Below, piece by piece: positions 20,717 through 30,884 of a stretch of 64,000 nucleotides of DNA. The position numbers and the translations under genes are program-made. The notes beneath the pieces were generated by a model. It saw only the letters and a list, made by a program, of their open reading frames with translations, was not told the DNA's origin and made no database searches. Position 1 is the first letter of the stretch. Every line of letters starts with the position of its first letter. Source of the DNA: Promethearchaeota archaeon (GTDB lineage: Archaea > Asgardarchaeota > Heimdallarchaeia > Hodarchaeales > Hodarchaeaceae); NCBI GenBank assembly GCA_048938105.1, contig JBHLMN010000003.1, positions 160,001 to 224,000 of the forward strand, given 5' to 3'.

Positions 20717-21133
20717 TGGTAGACTATGAAATTTTTGACAACCAGACGATCTACTATAAGAGTTCAGCCTCCGCTTCCCAAAATTACAGTTTTCACGCAT
20801 CATCTCCTCGAAAATACAGCTGAACCAATATTTCCTGACGTAATAACCTTAAAAAGTAACAAGCAATACATTATAATGTGTCACATTGTCTGATTATGAG
20901 TTGAGAATCAGATAGCTAATATTAGAAGTTAATCTAACAAATCCACTGAGATTGTCAGGGTTCTCTTTAACAAAATGAAAAACAGAAATACTCTATAAAG
21001 ATCAATCGAAAATTATCAAAAAAGGAGAGGCGTTAAGAAGTAAGAAGTTAGAATTTTCACTTTCACTGATCTCTCTCAGGTACAGAATTATAAGATTGCA
21101 TCATCAATATATAAACAACTACAAGTACGCTGA
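20717..21133 (+). pseudogene. Possible decayed gene (PD-(D/E)xK nuclease-like?) upstream of tnpB
   Basis: Protein-like frames broken by several stops and a frameshift, including EPIFPDVITLKSNKQYIIMC. Confidence 0.25.
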
Positions 21134-21189
21134 AATATCAATTATAATTTCAAAAGTAAGATCGCTGACAATCTCACTTTTATTCTCTC

Positions 21190-22480
21190 AGGAAATTCAA
21201 CCAGAGTGAAGTTCTCCTAATGATGGTCACACGAACAGAACAAATCTGGTTAAAACCGAATAAAACCCTCTCTTGGTTCTGTCATCTGTCAAAGAACCTC
21301 TACAACGAAGGAAATTACCAAATCCGTCAGGAGTTTTTCAAACATAACAAATGGATTCACTATCAATCCCTGTATCACATACTAAAAACCTCTAATAGCT
21401 ATTGTCAGCTTCCTGCTCAGACTGCTCAACAGGTCTTGAAAATCCTTGATAGAAATTGGACGTCCTTTTTTAGAGCGATTAAAGAGTGGAGGAATAACAA
21501 ATCAAAATTTAAAGCAAAGCCTAATCTCCCTCGATATAAACCGAAGAATGGGGAGTTTATGTTGGTTTTTACCAATCAACAGGTGAAATTAAAAGATAGA
21601 ATCCTCCGATTTCCTAAGAGAGTCGGATTAGAAATAAAAACAAGACTTCCTGAGAATACTGACATTAGAGAAGTAAGAATAATTCCGAAAGGAGTCGGAT
21701 ATGTATTAGAAATTGTCTATATTAAAATATCTAATCTAAAGGCTTTGAATAAGAATAATATTATTGCAATTGACCTAGGGGTGCGCAACCTCGTAACTGG
21801 GGTCAATAACAATGGATTAAATCCATTTGTTATTAAAGGCGGGGTTGTTAAATCCATTAATCAATACTATAACAAAGAACGAGCGAGAATTCAATCAATA
21901 TATGACCGACAGGGAATAAAAACAGGAAGAAAATTGTCAAAACTGACCAGTAAGCGCAATAAAAAACTTAATGACTATTTTCACAAGATTAGCAAGCGGA
22001 TAATAAACTATTGTGTGGAAAATGACATCGGGACATTAATAATTGGGTATAATCCCAATTGGAAACAAAACTGTCAGATTGGTAAGAGGAATACCCAAAA
22101 TTTTGTCACCTTACCTTTTTATAGACTTGTACATCAGCTTGAATATAAATCTGAGGAACAGGGGATAAAAATCATTAAACAAGAAGAAAATCATTCGAGT
22201 AAGTGTTCATTCTTAGATAATGAGCTAATAAAACATCATACAAGATATCTTGGAAAACGGATTACTAGAGGGTTGTTTAAATCCAAGAGAGGTATAATTA
22301 TCAATGCTGATGTGAATGGAGCATTTAATATTCTTAAGAAAGCAGTCCCAAATGCTTTACTCGCTGATGGGATAGAGGCTGTCGGGTTACAGCCATCACG
22401 ATGGAGATTAGCATCGGTGACGAGCTAGTTGATGACCTCAGGTGAATAAAAGTGATTTTTATTTCATCAGTTTTAATAAC
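21190..22480 (+). mobile_element. Non-autonomous tnpB-only insertion sequence (IS1341-like); left boundary approximate
   Basis: tnpB with no tnpA; structured 3' end finishing near AATAAC at 22480. Confidence 0.6.
21220..22428 (+). CDS. tnpB: RNA-guided nuclease TnpB (IS200/IS605 superfamily), RuvC-II rearranged type
   Basis: KNLYN, IAIDLG (RuvC-I), LIIGYN in place of the RuvC-II Glu, QEENHSSKCS, NADVNGAFNI (RuvC-III). Confidence 0.92.
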   Translation: MMVTRTEQIWLKPNKTLSWFCHLSKNLYNEGNYQIRQEFFKHNKWIHYQSLYHILKTSNSYCQLPAQTAQQVLKILDRNWTSFFRAIKEWRNNKSKFKAKPNLPRYKPKNGEFMLVFTNQQVKLKDRILRFPKRVGLEIKTRLPENTDIREVRIIPKGVGYVLEIVYIKISNLKALNKNNIIAIDLGVRNLVTGVNNNGLNPFVIKGGVVKSINQYYNKERARIQSIYDRQGIKTGRKLSKLTSKRNKKLNDYFHKISKRIINYCVENDIGTLIIGYNPNWKQNCQIGKRNTQNFVTLPFYRLVHQLEYKSEEQGIKIIKQEENHSSKCSFLDNELIKHHTRYLGKRITRGLFKSKRGIIINADVNGAFNILKKAVPNALLADGIEAVGLQPSRWRLASVTS

Positions 22481-22500
22481 CTAAGAGTTCAGAAAATATC
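22340..22500 (+). ncRNA. Putative TnpB omega/reRNA scaffold plus guide
   Basis: Hairpins GGCTGT/ACAGCC (22377-22394) and AGTTGATGA/TCATCAGTT (22427-22472) overlapping the tnpB 3' end, where such RNAs are typically encoded. Confidence 0.55.
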
Positions 22501-22981
22501 CTTAAAGAAAATTATTATCTGAGAAAGCTGGAATAAAATGGACTACTGAAAACTATTGCAATTCGAAATTTTTTGAATATTTAAGGTATTTAATTAATAA
22601 TTACGTGCCCATATAATTCCTCTCTTTCAGATCTAAATTTTTTAATAAAGTGCTATGATTTCAATTTAAAAATTGTTTCACTGTCATGATATAATCAACA
22701 AATCCGACTATATTCAAAATAAACATCATAATAGTTCAAGGTAGTTACTAGAAAAATTTAAAGAAATCATAATGTAACAGGATTTATTCAATAGGAATAT
22801 AAGTGTAAAGTAGATTAGGAACATTCATTCCAATTTTAAAATATCAAGAGAGGTGCGAATGAGATATTAAAACAGGAAAAAAAGTACCGCAATGAATAAT
22901 CTTGTGCCATGTTGTACCACAGAGAGCAAAGATAGTAAAATCGTTAAATTTATAAATAGAGAGATTTTTTAGCTATACACT

Positions 22982-24220
22982 GTGAATGGTGATTTTATGC
23001 AGGAGTTGGAAGGATCTCAGATTGATGATCAGATATCTTCAGATAAAGTCAGGAATTCAGAATTTTGGACAAACAAACAACGTCAAATGAATCATATCCA
23101 TTACACAGTTTCCTACCGCGGTTCTTTTAAACCTGAATTACCACATTTCTTTATATCGAAATATTTAGGGGATAATGGTAATTTAACAAAGTACTTCACT
23201 GATGACGAAGAAAAATTAGTGTTAGATCCTTTTGCAGGGCGAGGAACTACTATTATACAAGCAAACTTAATGGGTTATAATGCAATTGGTAATGATATAA
23301 ATCCATTATTTGAAAAAATATGTTACCCTTTAACTCATCCGCCGAAAATAAATGAAATAGAAGAACGAATTCATGAAATAGATTACTTTAAAAAATCACT
23401 TGATGATTTTAATCTAGAAAAAAAAGAAGATTTGCTTCCTTTTTACCATTCATATACGTTAACACAACTGTTAAATCTCAAAGAATATTTAAGAACGCAT
23501 CATGATGACATCGACAGGTTTATTGAGGTAATTGCTCTCTCTAGGCTCCATGGACATTCACCTGGGTTCTTTTCTGCATATTCATTCCCTCAAATATCAG
23601 TACCCCCCCAAAGGCAAAGAAAAATAAACCAAAAACACAGTTTACCTGTTGAAAAAAATATAGCTGAATTAATTTTGAGAAAAGCAAGAAGATCTCTGCG
23701 AGGAGATATATTTGAACTTGATACATTAAGAAAATATGGTAGGAATTCAATTTTTACTCATGATGACGCTCGAAACCTTCCAAAAGAATTCTATAAGGAT
23801 TCTTTCGTTGATTTAATAATTACTTCTCCCCCATTTTTAGCTCAAGTAGATTACTTAGGGGATAACTGGTTAGAATTCTGGTTCTTAGACATAGATCCTG
23901 ATTCATTTAAAGAAAATCTTGTAATGACCAATAGTATGGAAGTCTGGAAAGATTTCATTAGAAATTCACTAAAGGAAATGTATAGAGTTCTGAAAAACAA
24001 AGGAGTTGTAGTAATAGAAGTGGGAGATGTGAAATATAAACGGGAGAGAATAAATTTAGATGAAATAGTAGAAGATTTAGGTATAGAAGTAGGATTTTCA
24101 ATAATTAAGAGATATATTCATTTGCAGAAATTTACCAAACTCTCAAATTGCTTTAATGTAAGGAACAATATAGATGGAGTAAATACACAGCGAATGGTTG
24201 CCTTTAAAAAGAAAGTATAG
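22982..24220 (+). CDS. DNA amino-methyltransferase (likely N4-cytosine; FxGxG before SPPF)
   Basis: SYRGSFKPELP, DPFAGRGT, ITSPPF. Confidence 0.85.
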   Translation: MNGDFMQELEGSQIDDQISSDKVRNSEFWTNKQRQMNHIHYTVSYRGSFKPELPHFFISKYLGDNGNLTKYFTDDEEKLVLDPFAGRGTTIIQANLMGYNAIGNDINPLFEKICYPLTHPPKINEIEERIHEIDYFKKSLDDFNLEKKEDLLPFYHSYTLTQLLNLKEYLRTHHDDIDRFIEVIALSRLHGHSPGFFSAYSFPQISVPPQRQRKINQKHSLPVEKNIAELILRKARRSLRGDIFELDTLRKYGRNSIFTHDDARNLPKEFYKDSFVDLIITSPPFLAQVDYLGDNWLEFWFLDIDPDSFKENLVMTNSMEVWKDFIRNSLKEMYRVLKNKGVVVIEVGDVKYKRERINLDEIVEDLGIEVGFSIIKRYIHLQKFTKLSNCFNVRNNIDGVNTQRMVAFKKKV

Positions 24221-24230
24221 TGATTCTTTC

Positions 24231-24839
24231 CTAAATTCTTGCTTCTAGAGTCTTTTTGGAGCTTGCAGAGCATTCAATCTTTGTTGTAAGCTCAATGATA
24301 GAAAGGTTAATTAAACGTACTTCATTAGGATAGACGTTAGGAATATCTTCGGTTGATTCTAAATCATAAATAAAAACTAAACCTAAATGATACCCTGATT
24401 TTTCTACTTTAAGACCACGTGGTGAAAGATATAGATAACGTGGACTTGAACCAGTTGTAGATCTCATTGTTTTAATCGTTAAGTAACCGCTGTCAATCTC
24501 AAATCTTGGATAACCAGCCCATCCCAAGCTTTCTATAGAAAGCTTTGTCTGTGTTCGTATCCTATCCTCAATTTCTCTTTGAAACCAAGAAGAAATTTCT
24601 GTTCTTAAATTTGATTCAGGTTCAGGGTCAAACTCCTGACCCCCTTTATTTTGTATGTCATTGATAAGATTATTAGCAACATTTAATAGCTCATTTTTAA
24701 GATTAACACATTCTGTTTTTGTTAAATCAAATTCCCAAACTTTAAAATTTGTTAAAATCTCAATAATTTCTTTTACAGATAATTTTGTATATTTTTCATT
24801 GAATTCTTTTATCAGTTCTTTAAATCTTTTATTTCCCAC
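24231..24839 (-). CDS. Restriction-endonuclease-like protein with degenerate PD-(D/E)xK site
   Basis: AGYPRFEI..GYLTIKT...SSPRYLYLS resembles GYPD..YLExK..S.R.FY.S nucleases, but D>R and E>T. Confidence 0.4.
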   Translation of the reverse strand: MGNKRFKELIKEFNEKYTKLSVKEIIEILTNFKVWEFDLTKTECVNLKNELLNVANNLINDIQNKGGQEFDPEPESNLRTEISSWFQREIEDRIRTQTKLSIESLGWAGYPRFEIDSGYLTIKTMRSTTGSSPRYLYLSPRGLKVEKSGYHLGLVFIYDLESTEDIPNVYPNEVRLINLSIIELTTKIECSASSKKTLEARI

Positions 24840-24950
24840 ATAAATCCCACCTTATGGATTTACTGCATATTTCTCTTAATAGCACCTATTTAATCCCTAT
24901 AAAGTTTTCAATTATTGAATATAAAAGCATTAAGAGGATATACAATGAGT

Positions 24951-25409
24951 TTAGGTAGTTTCATCATCATCTTCATTCATTTCTAGGTTTAATTCAAGGA
25001 GTTTTTCTATTAAAAGTTCTTCTATTGTTTCCGTTTTTGAATCATCTAGTAATAATTCATCTAGTAGGAATATCCCTGCATTAACAAACCTTTGGGCTTC
25101 TGTATAGACTTCTTTCTCCTTTTTTGGATCTAAATAGGTGAGATCACTTTTATATGCAGTCACAATAAAATGTGGTAAATCTTTATAATATCTTTCCAAT
25201 GCAATTCTACTTACTAATGGTTTATTACCTAAAGGCTCCTCTTTTTGCGTTTTTGCCTTATAACCGAAGGCTAATGCCCAAGCCCAAATCGTGGCATTGG
25301 TAGCTTTACTTTTAAATATTTCATGATTTGCTAAATTTAATACGATATCTTGAGCTCTTGATGGAAAACGTAAGTCTCTTGGTGCTTCTTCTATCTGTTG
25401 ATTGGACAT
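24951..25409 (-). CDS. PbeD-like / dnd-associated small protein
   Basis: F...IWAWALAFGY...AQRFVNAGIFLL; lies after the SMC-like ATPase. Confidence 0.6.
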   Translation of the reverse strand: MSNQQIEEAPRDLRFPSRAQDIVLNLANHEIFKSKATNATIWAWALAFGYKAKTQKEEPLGNKPLVSRIALERYYKDLPHFIVTAYKSDLTYLDPKKEKEVYTEAQRFVNAGIFLLDELLLDDSKTETIEELLIEKLLELNLEMNEDDDETT

Positions 25410-25422
25410 TTAAATACCTCTA

Positions 25423-27378
25423 TTAAGAAATTTCTGTAGTACCTGAAATTTTATCATATTTTAGATTTATAATTTTATTGATAAATCGATCTAAACCTTT
25501 TTTAACAGCACCAGTGTACTCAGAAGGAGTTGCTAATATGGTTATTTGACTATTTTTTAAATATTTAGGAAGGTTTTGAGATATGTTCCGTCTAGCAGCT
25601 TCGCCTATTCTACCAAAAGGTGTATCAATTATAACAGGTAAATCGAATCCAGATACATCTCTCACAGCTGTGATAAATGCTAAGGCTAAGAAATTCTGTT
25701 CTCCTGCTGAAAGTGATCCTAGTGCTTCTTTCCCAAATTTTTTTATTGATAAACCACTCTCTGTTTCAAGTGAAATTGTATCAAAAGTGTTTTCATCTTT
25801 CCAATGAAACTCTCTAAAATAATCATTCATTTTTTTATTAACTTTCATCATTGTTTCTGATTCAATGTTAATTTTAGCTTTTTCTAAAATCTCTATTGCA
25901 GCATTAGTTAAATCACGTCTTTTAACACTTAATTTGTGCTTTTTTTGTTTATTTAATTCATTATTAATTTTAGTATCAACTTCTATTTCATTAGACTTAA
26001 ATTGATCAATAGAGTGCTCTAACCGACCAATAGATCGTGTTAAATCGTAAATTCGTTTTTCTAAAGATTTACGCTGTGTTTCAAGTGCTTTTACGAACTC
26101 TTCAGGATTGTCTTTTAAAATCTCACTGATTTGTTTGCTTCTGAGAGTGTTTAAATTAATTTGATTTTGAATTGCACTTATTTCACTCCTTAATCTTTTC
26201 AGTCTTATTGATAAATTTTTATACTTAGTTTGTTGAACTAATATTTCTTTATATTTTGTTTGCGCTATTTGAATAAATTCTTGTGTAATGAGAGTTTTTA
26301 AAAGAAATTCTACTTCCTTTCTGTGTATACTGCCTTCTGTTAATTCCTGTTTACATATACATAAACCTTGTTCTAATAATTGCTTAACAAAAGTATCCTT
26401 AATATCAGGAGGAAATTCACCGATTTTTTCCTTATTATCTATTAGTTCTCGAACTTTTTTAAGAGCTGAATTACTTAGAAAAAAAGGACCTTCATACTGA
26501 GTATATTTTAAACGTTCTTCTTCAAGACTTGAGCGATTTTTATTCAGTGTCTTCCTCTGAGTTTCTAGCTCTTGTCTTTCATTAGCTAATTTTTGGATAT
26601 CTTGACCTTTACATGTTTCGTATTCTCTATCAATCTTATTTTTTTCAGATTCAGCTAATGTTAAAGCCCTTTTATTTTCCATTATCTGAGATTGGGTTGT
26701 AGTTTTCTTACTTTCTAACATATCTCTTTCTTTTAATAAATATTCAAGATTAGGATTGTGCTTTGCTACTTCTTTTGCATAATCTTTTTTTACTTCTTTC
26801 AATTTCCGTATTGTCTCTTTAAGAATGTCAATTCGTGCTAATTTTTCAATTCCTTTTGCGACCGTATCGCTTACTGTTGATAGGAAATAGTTCTCTAACT
26901 GTTCTCCATCAAAAAGAAAGAAGTCAATTAAATCTTCAGGAATGTTTTGCCCAATAAAGATGTTTGGGTCAGTTAAAGATACAGGATTAGGATTATTTTT
27001 AGGTATTAAAACAGCAGTAAGCTTCTGCCCATCAATATCGCCATTGTAAATGGTAGATTCTCGTGTTATAATTAATTCATCATATTTCTTATTAGAATCT
27101 GCTAAATCAAAACTAATTTCTACCAATACTTGTTTAAGTTCGTTAGATGTTTCATTATCGAGTATTTGAGTAGGTATAGGAAGTTCATCGTAATCTGTGG
27201 TTTTCCGTTCCTTTCCATATAGACACCAAGAGATACTGTTTAGAAAGTTGGTCTTACCCTCTCCATTTTCACCAATTATAAGCGTGATATTCTTCCCCTC
27301 ATTATTATTCTTAAATTCTAATTCTTGATGTCCTTTAAATTGACGATAATTTTCTAATACAATCTTTTTGATTCTCAT
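25423..27378 (-). CDS. SMC/Rad50-like ABC ATPase (DndD/PbeC-like)
   Basis: MRIKKIVLENYRQF, GENGEGKT, FFLFDGE, coiled coil with central CIC, LSAGE, IIDTPFGR; ATG at 27378. Confidence 0.85.
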   Translation of the reverse strand: MRIKKIVLENYRQFKGHQELEFKNNNEGKNITLIIGENGEGKTNFLNSISWCLYGKERKTTDYDELPIPTQILDNETSNELKQVLVEISFDLADSNKKYDELIITRESTIYNGDIDGQKLTAVLIPKNNPNPVSLTDPNIFIGQNIPEDLIDFFLFDGEQLENYFLSTVSDTVAKGIEKLARIDILKETIRKLKEVKKDYAKEVAKHNPNLEYLLKERDMLESKKTTTQSQIMENKRALTLAESEKNKIDREYETCKGQDIQKLANERQELETQRKTLNKNRSSLEEERLKYTQYEGPFFLSNSALKKVRELIDNKEKIGEFPPDIKDTFVKQLLEQGLCICKQELTEGSIHRKEVEFLLKTLITQEFIQIAQTKYKEILVQQTKYKNLSIRLKRLRSEISAIQNQINLNTLRSKQISEILKDNPEEFVKALETQRKSLEKRIYDLTRSIGRLEHSIDQFKSNEIEVDTKINNELNKQKKHKLSVKRRDLTNAAIEILEKAKINIESETMMKVNKKMNDYFREFHWKDENTFDTISLETESGLSIKKFGKEALGSLSAGEQNFLALAFITAVRDVSGFDLPVIIDTPFGRIGEAARRNISQNLPKYLKNSQITILATPSEYTGAVKKGLDRFINKIINLKYDKISGTTEIS

Positions 27379-27391
27379 ACTATATTCATTC

Positions 27392-27610
27392 CTATTTTGG
27401 GATGAATCCTTCAATGACTTTCTTATAATGCTTCTTGTATGTTTTAGCATCAGTTGTTATTAATCTATGTTCTGTATTCAATATGTTTTCAAGAAATGTT
27501 TTCATTTTTATCAAATCAAGTCCAGCGAGATCTTCTTTGCTATACTTATCACAAACATCAATAACTTTGGAGATAATTGTTTTTAAACTTCTTATTTGAT
27601 ACAGGGACAT
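27392..27610 (-). CDS. Small protein between helicase and ATPase (PbeB-like position)
   Basis: 72 aa; GAGG upstream; 11-bp and 13-bp gaps to its neighbours. Confidence 0.6.
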   Translation of the reverse strand: MSLYQIRSLKTIISKVIDVCDKYSKEDLAGLDLIKMKTFLENILNTEHRLITTDAKTYKKHYKKVIEGFIPK

Positions 27611-27621
27611 GTATTTTCCTC

Positions 27622-29691
27622 TTATTCTCTTCTACTTATTCTATCTCTTATTTTTAATAGTGTTGAAGCTGAAATCTCGGGATTCCGTGATGTTTTTGTA
27701 AATTGAACATATCTTTGAAGCTCTCTACTATACATTTGACTAAAATCATTGTCAAAAGAAGAGCCTCGTGCAGGAATTACAATAAAATCATGAATACTAG
27801 CAAATTCTTTATCCCTATATGTTCTTAGAATTCTCCCTCGTCTTTGTATGAATTCCCTTGGATTCATTGTACTTGCCATTATTACTGCATTTTTAATGCC
27901 AGGGATATCTAAACCTTCATCAAGGCATTTAATTGCAACTAATACCTTAATGGTACCTGTGTTGAATTTGTTTAATATTAAGCTTCTTTCTTTTTCTGTT
28001 TCTTGTGCTGTATATCTTTGATGTTGATATATATCAAGCTCATTGAGCATATTTTGAACTTCATAAACCTGTTCTAGATCTCCACAATAGATTAATGTTT
28101 TTTCTAATTTGATTAATCCATTTGATATTAATTCTTTTAAGCGAGGAGATTTTTTTGATGCTTTACGGATAATTTTTGCCCTTTCTATGAGGTTCTTTTT
28201 GACATTATCTGGAACATTCTCCTCATCTAATAAATATGCCATATTTTTGATTCTAGATGAAATTCGGATATATTCTCTTGATTCTTCGATATTTAATTCA
28301 ACGATATGAGGATAGTAATCATAAGGAACAAGATGTCCATCCTCAATTGCTTGTTTTAGAGAATACTGATAAATTATGTCATGAAAATAGTCTTTTATTG
28401 ATGTACTCCCCTCTTCATCAAACCAACGTTCTGGAGTTGCACTCAATCCTAATCTAAATTTAAAAATGTCAATCATCCCTGCTTGTCTATTTCGAGCTCC
28501 AAAATTATGGACTTCATCCGCAATAATCATAGCATTATTACATTTTTTCAAGTAATTAAGGGATTTTGGAGTAGATAATTTATCATATGTCAATACAATG
28601 AAAGTTATATTATTAGAACCCCATAAATGAAAATTAACAGCTTTTCTCAACTTATCTATCCATTGATGATCAAGTTTCCATACATTTTGTCCGTATTCAG
28701 TTAAAATCTTTGTCCATTGATCAACAATTACAACATATGGACAAACAATAACAACTAATAGTGATTTCGTTAGTTTTTCATGCAATTCGATGGCAGCTTT
28801 AATTGCTGCAAGTGTTTTTCCACTTCCTGTAGACATCTGCCAAATACCATTATGATCCGCAATATGCCATATCTTGATAGCTTCTAGTTGGTGTTTCCAG
28901 AGATCTGGAAGAAGTTTCTCCTCTTTCTTAATACATACGCCTTTATACCATCGTAATAGACGTGCTTTCATTGATTCAATAGATTTAGGTGCCATATTAA
29001 TTAGACGATCTTTCACTGCTTCTGGAACATCATATGTTTTTGCCCTTTTAAGAGAACCATCCCAATATTTTTTAAATTTGTTTAAATCTGCTTCAAGATA
29101 TCCTTTTTGAACTTCTTCCCAGCTTTTGTATACCTTAAACTCTTCTATATTACCCATCCAGCCTGTTATGGATTCATTAATTGATCCACTAAAAGAAACA
29201 CGTTCTCCAAAAGCATCTTTGAGAATACCAATCTTAGGATGAAACATGATATTAGACTTACCTGCTGGTATAACATTTCCTTTATTATCTACCATAACTA
29301 TGATTTTTATTTCAAGTTTCTTACTCGCTACTAGCCATCCTAATGCAGCTATATGATCTTGAATTATTTCTTTTTCAATTGTATTCAAATCAGATAAGAG
29401 TTTTTTTGATAACACATTACTTAATTCTTCTCCTGATTGAATCGCTTCGATATCACAGGTTCGAAGTTTAGCATCAGCCACTAACTTCATTTTGCCATCA
29501 TTAATAACTAGCCCTGCGATCCCTCTTGCTGCAATTAAAAGAGCACTAGAAGAAAATGAGCCAGTTACGCGGAGATATTCAACAGATCGTTCTAAAACTG
29601 GTTGAAAAAAACAAGAAACGATATTCTCATCTTCATCAGAATCATAAGAAAGCTTCAGGTCTAAGTCTCGGAAAGATTTTCTGTTTTTCAA
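27622..29691 (-). CDS. PLD-domain + superfamily 2 helicase (PbeA-like / dnd-associated restriction helicase)
   Basis: HPKIGILKD..GSINES (HKD); MSTGSGKT, DEVH, LSATP, LDEGLDIP, QRRGRILR. Confidence 0.85.
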   Translation of the reverse strand: MKNRKSFRDLDLKLSYDSDEDENIVSCFFQPVLERSVEYLRVTGSFSSSALLIAARGIAGLVINDGKMKLVADAKLRTCDIEAIQSGEELSNVLSKKLLSDLNTIEKEIIQDHIAALGWLVASKKLEIKIIVMVDNKGNVIPAGKSNIMFHPKIGILKDAFGERVSFSGSINESITGWMGNIEEFKVYKSWEEVQKGYLEADLNKFKKYWDGSLKRAKTYDVPEAVKDRLINMAPKSIESMKARLLRWYKGVCIKKEEKLLPDLWKHQLEAIKIWHIADHNGIWQMSTGSGKTLAAIKAAIELHEKLTKSLLVVIVCPYVVIVDQWTKILTEYGQNVWKLDHQWIDKLRKAVNFHLWGSNNITFIVLTYDKLSTPKSLNYLKKCNNAMIIADEVHNFGARNRQAGMIDIFKFRLGLSATPERWFDEEGSTSIKDYFHDIIYQYSLKQAIEDGHLVPYDYYPHIVELNIEESREYIRISSRIKNMAYLLDEENVPDNVKKNLIERAKIIRKASKKSPRLKELISNGLIKLEKTLIYCGDLEQVYEVQNMLNELDIYQHQRYTAQETEKERSLILNKFNTGTIKVLVAIKCLDEGLDIPGIKNAVIMASTMNPREFIQRRGRILRTYRDKEFASIHDFIVIPARGSSFDNDFSQMYSRELQRYVQFTKTSRNPEISASTLLKIRDRISRRE

Positions 29692-30089
29692 AATTTTTCT
29701 CCATAGTTCCCCATTAATTAACTTTAAAAATTTGATAAAAAGAAGTTTTATTGACTTTTATAAATGTTCCTACGTAGAAGTGTTGGTTCTATATTATTAC
29801 TAATGAATTAATAATGATTCATCTAATAATAGGAGAGATATTCAGAATTTATGTATTTAAGCTGAAATTCCGAACCTATTAATGTTATGACTTTATTCCT
29901 ATAAGTTAATAAAAGATATATATTTGGTAAAAGTGAATTTAGTTATATTCTTTGAATCAATAATTGAAGAAATAAATTAATATTAAAATAATCAAGAGGG
30001 AAATTAATGATAATAATTAGATTATTAGTAAAAATAATAAAAATGAGTAATCTACATTTCTAGGAGGCAATATGGCATTGTGAGGAAAT

Positions 30090-30836
30090 ATGTCAAATGT
30101 CAATTTATGCTTCCAATTTCATTTTATACTTACAGCCTATTTTATTTTATGGTTCAAAACACATAACCTCTGGGAGAATATTTTTGTACTTGCTAAAGAC
30201 AAGAAACAGTATCATATTAATCCAAAGGCAATAGGAATTCCATATGCTGATAAATCAAACATAGGAAGATACTCTGTTGAAGATCTGAGAGACGCAGGAA
30301 ATATATGGTTAGTACCCTACTCCAAGACCACAGGAGCTACAATAAAAAAAGGCCATGAGGCACCTTTCCCAATAGAATTACCATATAAGTGTATCAAATT
30401 ATCTGAGGGAGAAACAATTCTAGATCCATTTGCTGGAACAGGAAGTACTCTAGCAGCTTCACGAATACTGAAAAAGAAGGGATTTGGATATGAGAAGTTT
30501 CCCCGTAAAGAGATTATTCGTAAAAGAATCATGGAAAGTTCTTTCCAAGATTCTCTCCCTGTACTTATTCCCCATATGGAACTAGCAATTAATATTCTTA
30601 CACATTATTGTAATAAGATTGAATATAATGATTTCAAAAAAGAAGGAACGCTAAAGCTCTCCCAAAAAGAAAAATCTGACTTGAATATTCTCAAAGATGT
30701 CTTAGATCGATTAGGACTTCAACTTCCCATTTTAGATTATTATTTTAATCAACAAGGAAAAAATCAGCTAGATAAAGAAAGTGTCAAGAAGACTGAGTCA
30801 CTTACAAAGTTTCTAAAAAAAAGCTTCAATGATTAA
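30090..30836 (+). pseudogene. 5'-truncated beta-class DNA methyltransferase
   Basis: Has ENIFVLAK, GNIW, HEAPFPIELP and DPFAGTGST but lacks the N-terminal (D/S)PPY half; preceded by AT-rich non-homologous DNA. Confidence 0.7.
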
Positions 30837-30884
30837 CATCTTTCACATTCCTAAGGTAAGACATCAACCAGGAGCTAATTATTC

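Noticed and set aside
25423-27378. ATPase as the DndD of a phosphorothioation cluster, or as Rad50
   Set aside because: No dndC/dndE or mre11 adjacent; context fits PbeC
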